Assembly (NCBI RefSeq): GCF_041956535.1
Contig: NW_027192204.1
Location: 437,140-501,139, forward strand
Origin: Calcarisporiella thermophila CBS 279.70
Taxonomy: Eukaryota; Fungi; Calcarisporiellomycota
Reading direction: 5' to 3'
DNA: 64,000 bases
The stretch's first letter is position 1, and each line of letters begins with the position of its first letter. The notes beneath the pieces are model-generated. The model was not told the origin of the DNA, did not search any database, and worked only from the letters and a program-made list of their open reading frames with translations. A program made the position numbers and the translations under genes. Shown here in pieces: positions 61,495-64,000 of the stretch.

Positions 61495-63772
61495 ATGGAG
61501 GAGACGAAACAAGCAAGAGACGACTCGAAAAGCCCCGTCGAGCGCTCACAGAACGGCGGCGCGACCGAGAAGCTCGCGTTTCCTGGCGACGTGGAGCACG
61601 TCGAGCTGTCCGAGAAGCAGATCGAGGGGCGGTCCGAGAGACTCGCCGATTTATATCCAGACTACGAGAAGAAGGCGGGCCCCATCCCTTGGTCTGCCTT
61701 CGCCATCATCATCACGGAGCTCTGCGAGCGTTGCGCATACTATGGCGCATCGACGCTGTTCGTCTCCTTCATGCTGAATAACCTGAAGATCACCTCCGAT
61801 AAGGCCACCGCTATCAACCGTGGGTTCTCCTTTATCGCGTATTTGACCACCATCCTTGGCGCAGTGCTTGCCGACCAGTGGTTTGGCAAATTCCGCGTGG
61901 TTCTCTTCTTTTCCATTATGTATGTGATCGGGCTGGCTCTCCTCACGCTCTCCGCCGACCCCGACTTTTCCTTTGACACTCGCTTCCCGCTCTTCCTCGT
62001 CGCCATTTACCTCTTCATAGGCTTCGGAACCGGTGGAATCAAGTCCAACGTGTCCGTCTACGCCGCAGAGCAGGTTCCCAAGGACATCGTGAATCATGAG
62101 AAAAAGGTGATCTACACCCAGGAAATGACGGTGGAGCGCATCTACCGGTATTTCTACTGGTGCATCAACATTGGCGCGCTGTTTGGACAGTGTAAGTGGA
62201 CGCGGTCTTTCCGTCCTCTCCTTTTCCACCGAAAGATCCCCCCGTTTTAACCGTTCTTTTTAACCCGAACCAACAGTGGTGTGCCCCGTCATATCCCATA
62301 CTCAGGTAATCGATTGCAGGATGCAGGGTGGGCCAAGTTCCCAAGACTAACAACCTGAGTTTTATTTTGCGGCCACTGTATAGGGCGAAAAAGGCTTCGT
62401 ATACGCTTTCCTCATCCCTACTGTGTTTTTCGCCTTCGGAATTGTCGCATTTGTGTCGGGCAAATCAAGATACATCGTAAGTACCCAGAGCTTCGGAAGG
62501 ATGTATGCTCCGCTTTGATAGAGGCTGACGCCTCTGCCTCTCTAGAACGCCCCACAGTACGGGTCCCCTCTAGGAAAGGCATTCCGATGCATTCGGTATG
62601 CCGTCTCCCACCGATTCAAAAAAAAGGCTGGCGATGAAAGTGCACGTCCCGAGCCCAATATCAAGCGTGAGCATTGGCTGGACTATGCTAAATCGGACGT
62701 GGAAGGAGAGCTAGAATGGAACAACCAGTATGTCGAAGATATGAAGCGGACCATTAAAGGTAGCCCCCACATCTCCCCCTCGCTTTAGTGTCATTCATCA
62801 GAATGCTAATGAATCTGAATGAAGCTTGCAAGGTGTTCCTGTTTTTCATTATCTACTATGTCCTCTATTACAACGTAAGCTAGTTGGCTTTGAATTAGTT
62901 CGATGCATGCCTGATCCTTAACTTTTTTTTTTCATCTCCCATAGATGTTTGACGCTGTGAGTATTCCCCCCAGCTAACTTGCTTATCTATCATCCCCCTT
63001 CTCCCCTCCACTCACTCCTTATCTGCCACGTTGATTAGTTCGTTACCATCGGAACCCACATGCAGAGGCCATCGTGGTTTGGGCCGGAGCAAATGAACGT
63101 GGTGGACAGTCTTGTCATTGTCGTGTTGATGCCCTTCTTTGATCTCTGGATCTATCCTTTCCTACGCAAAACATTTGGTTGGAAACTGGGCCCTATCCTT
63201 CGCTGCACCCTCGGCTTCGCGGTTATGACCTTGGCATTCATCTATCGTAAATGCGACTCATTCCCATGTTTGTTTATTTCGCATCTCCTAACCTCATGGT
63301 GGTTATGCTCTCTTCCCTATTAGTAACGATTTGGCAAAAGGTCTTGTACAGCACTGGCCCCTACTATGATTTCATGTCTATCGCGGATCCGCATGCTCGT
63401 GACCAGGCGGTGAACAACCTACCGGTCTGGGTTTTGGTGGTCGTGTACGCCCTGGTCGCGTTGAGCGAGATCTTCGCATCCTGTACCGGGCTCGAGCTTG
63501 CATACCGTGCCGCATCGGAAGAATTGAAGTAAGTCCTTGTTTCCGCCATAAGCAGCAAAAAAAACATATGCTAATTGTAACATGTCAGGTCGGTCGTGAT
63601 GTCCATCTTCCTCTTCATGAGCGCCCTGAGTAGTCTGATCGGCATGATCTTGGCCAACTGGACCCGCGATCCCGACTATCTCGGGTTGTTTATCTTCGAG
63701 ACCGCGGCCGTAGGGGTCACCACGATCGTATTTTATGTATTTTTCCGAAAATATGACGACGACTATGACTAG
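61495..63772 (+). CDS. PTR2: POT/PTR2 proton-coupled oligopeptide transporter; multi-exon, including micro-exons
   Basis: ELCERCAYYG (ExxER), LGAVLADQWFGKF, GTGGIKSNV, FYWCINIGA, SEIFAS.TGLELAY.AA. Confidence 0.95.
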
Positions 63773-64000
63773 TTATTCTATACTTGTGTCGGGAGAGGAG
63801 GGGGAGCTCTCCCTTTTAATTCGTTATATAATTGACCCTCCCCCCTCCTCTCTGCCTTATTTAATTTCCTTTTAATTCTCTTTTAACTGTACCATTACGG
63901 TAAATAAAAATAGTCGAATTGGCTTGATGCTAAAATCCATAGGTAGAGTGAGGAGAGGAAGTCTTGCGCTAGGGCTCGTGTGAAAGTTGTGTGCAAAGAG

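Noticed and set aside
62910-62925. U12-like branch site TCCTTAAC in a PTR2 intron
   Set aside because: Donor is GTAAGC (U2-type), not RTATCCTT
1-64000. Selenocysteine/read-through genes, CRISPR arrays, intact transposons, rRNA/tRNA
   Set aside because: In the assembled genes, apparent in-frame stops are explained by GT-AG introns; no repeat-spacer arrays, transposase/RT motifs or RNA-gene signatures were seen by eye

Overview
Gene-dense, intron-containing eukaryotic DNA, almost certainly fungal. Short GT-AG introns with CTRAC/CTRAT branch sites, a Zn2Cys6 factor, MET30/SconB, and animal-like ferritin, EHD and ALDH8A1 genes point to an early-diverging lineage (Zoopagomycota or Mucoromycota); this placement is inference. 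About 25 protein genes could be assembled by hand across splice sites: AP-2 mu, ferritin, MET30, TFB4, SET2, FAXDC2-like hydroxylase, EHD ATPase, P450, GGCT, kinesin-6, ATP synthase e, Zn-cluster TF, divergent kinase, PP1 inhibitor-2, nine-repeat Myb protein, MDC1/Mdb1-like FHA-BRCT protein, small putative mitochondrial protein, F-box protein, SLC12 cotransporter, RhoGEF, Nup53, LEA_2 membrane protein, ALDH8, MFS and PTR2. There is one assembly gap inside a (GA)n tract. No rRNA, tRNA, CRISPR array or intact transposon was recognised. The best leads are: (1) a probable stand-alone 30-aa zinc-finger microprotein gene; (2) a 9-Myb-repeat protein built from one-repeat exons, with a possible mitochondrial presequence; (3) a ferritin with altered ferroxidase and three-fold-channel residues; (4) an EHD ATPase with a PPxY tail instead of an EH domain; (5) a decayed intronless ORF that may be an endogenous viral or other foreign element. 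All calls come from reading the sequence by eye; no searches were run.
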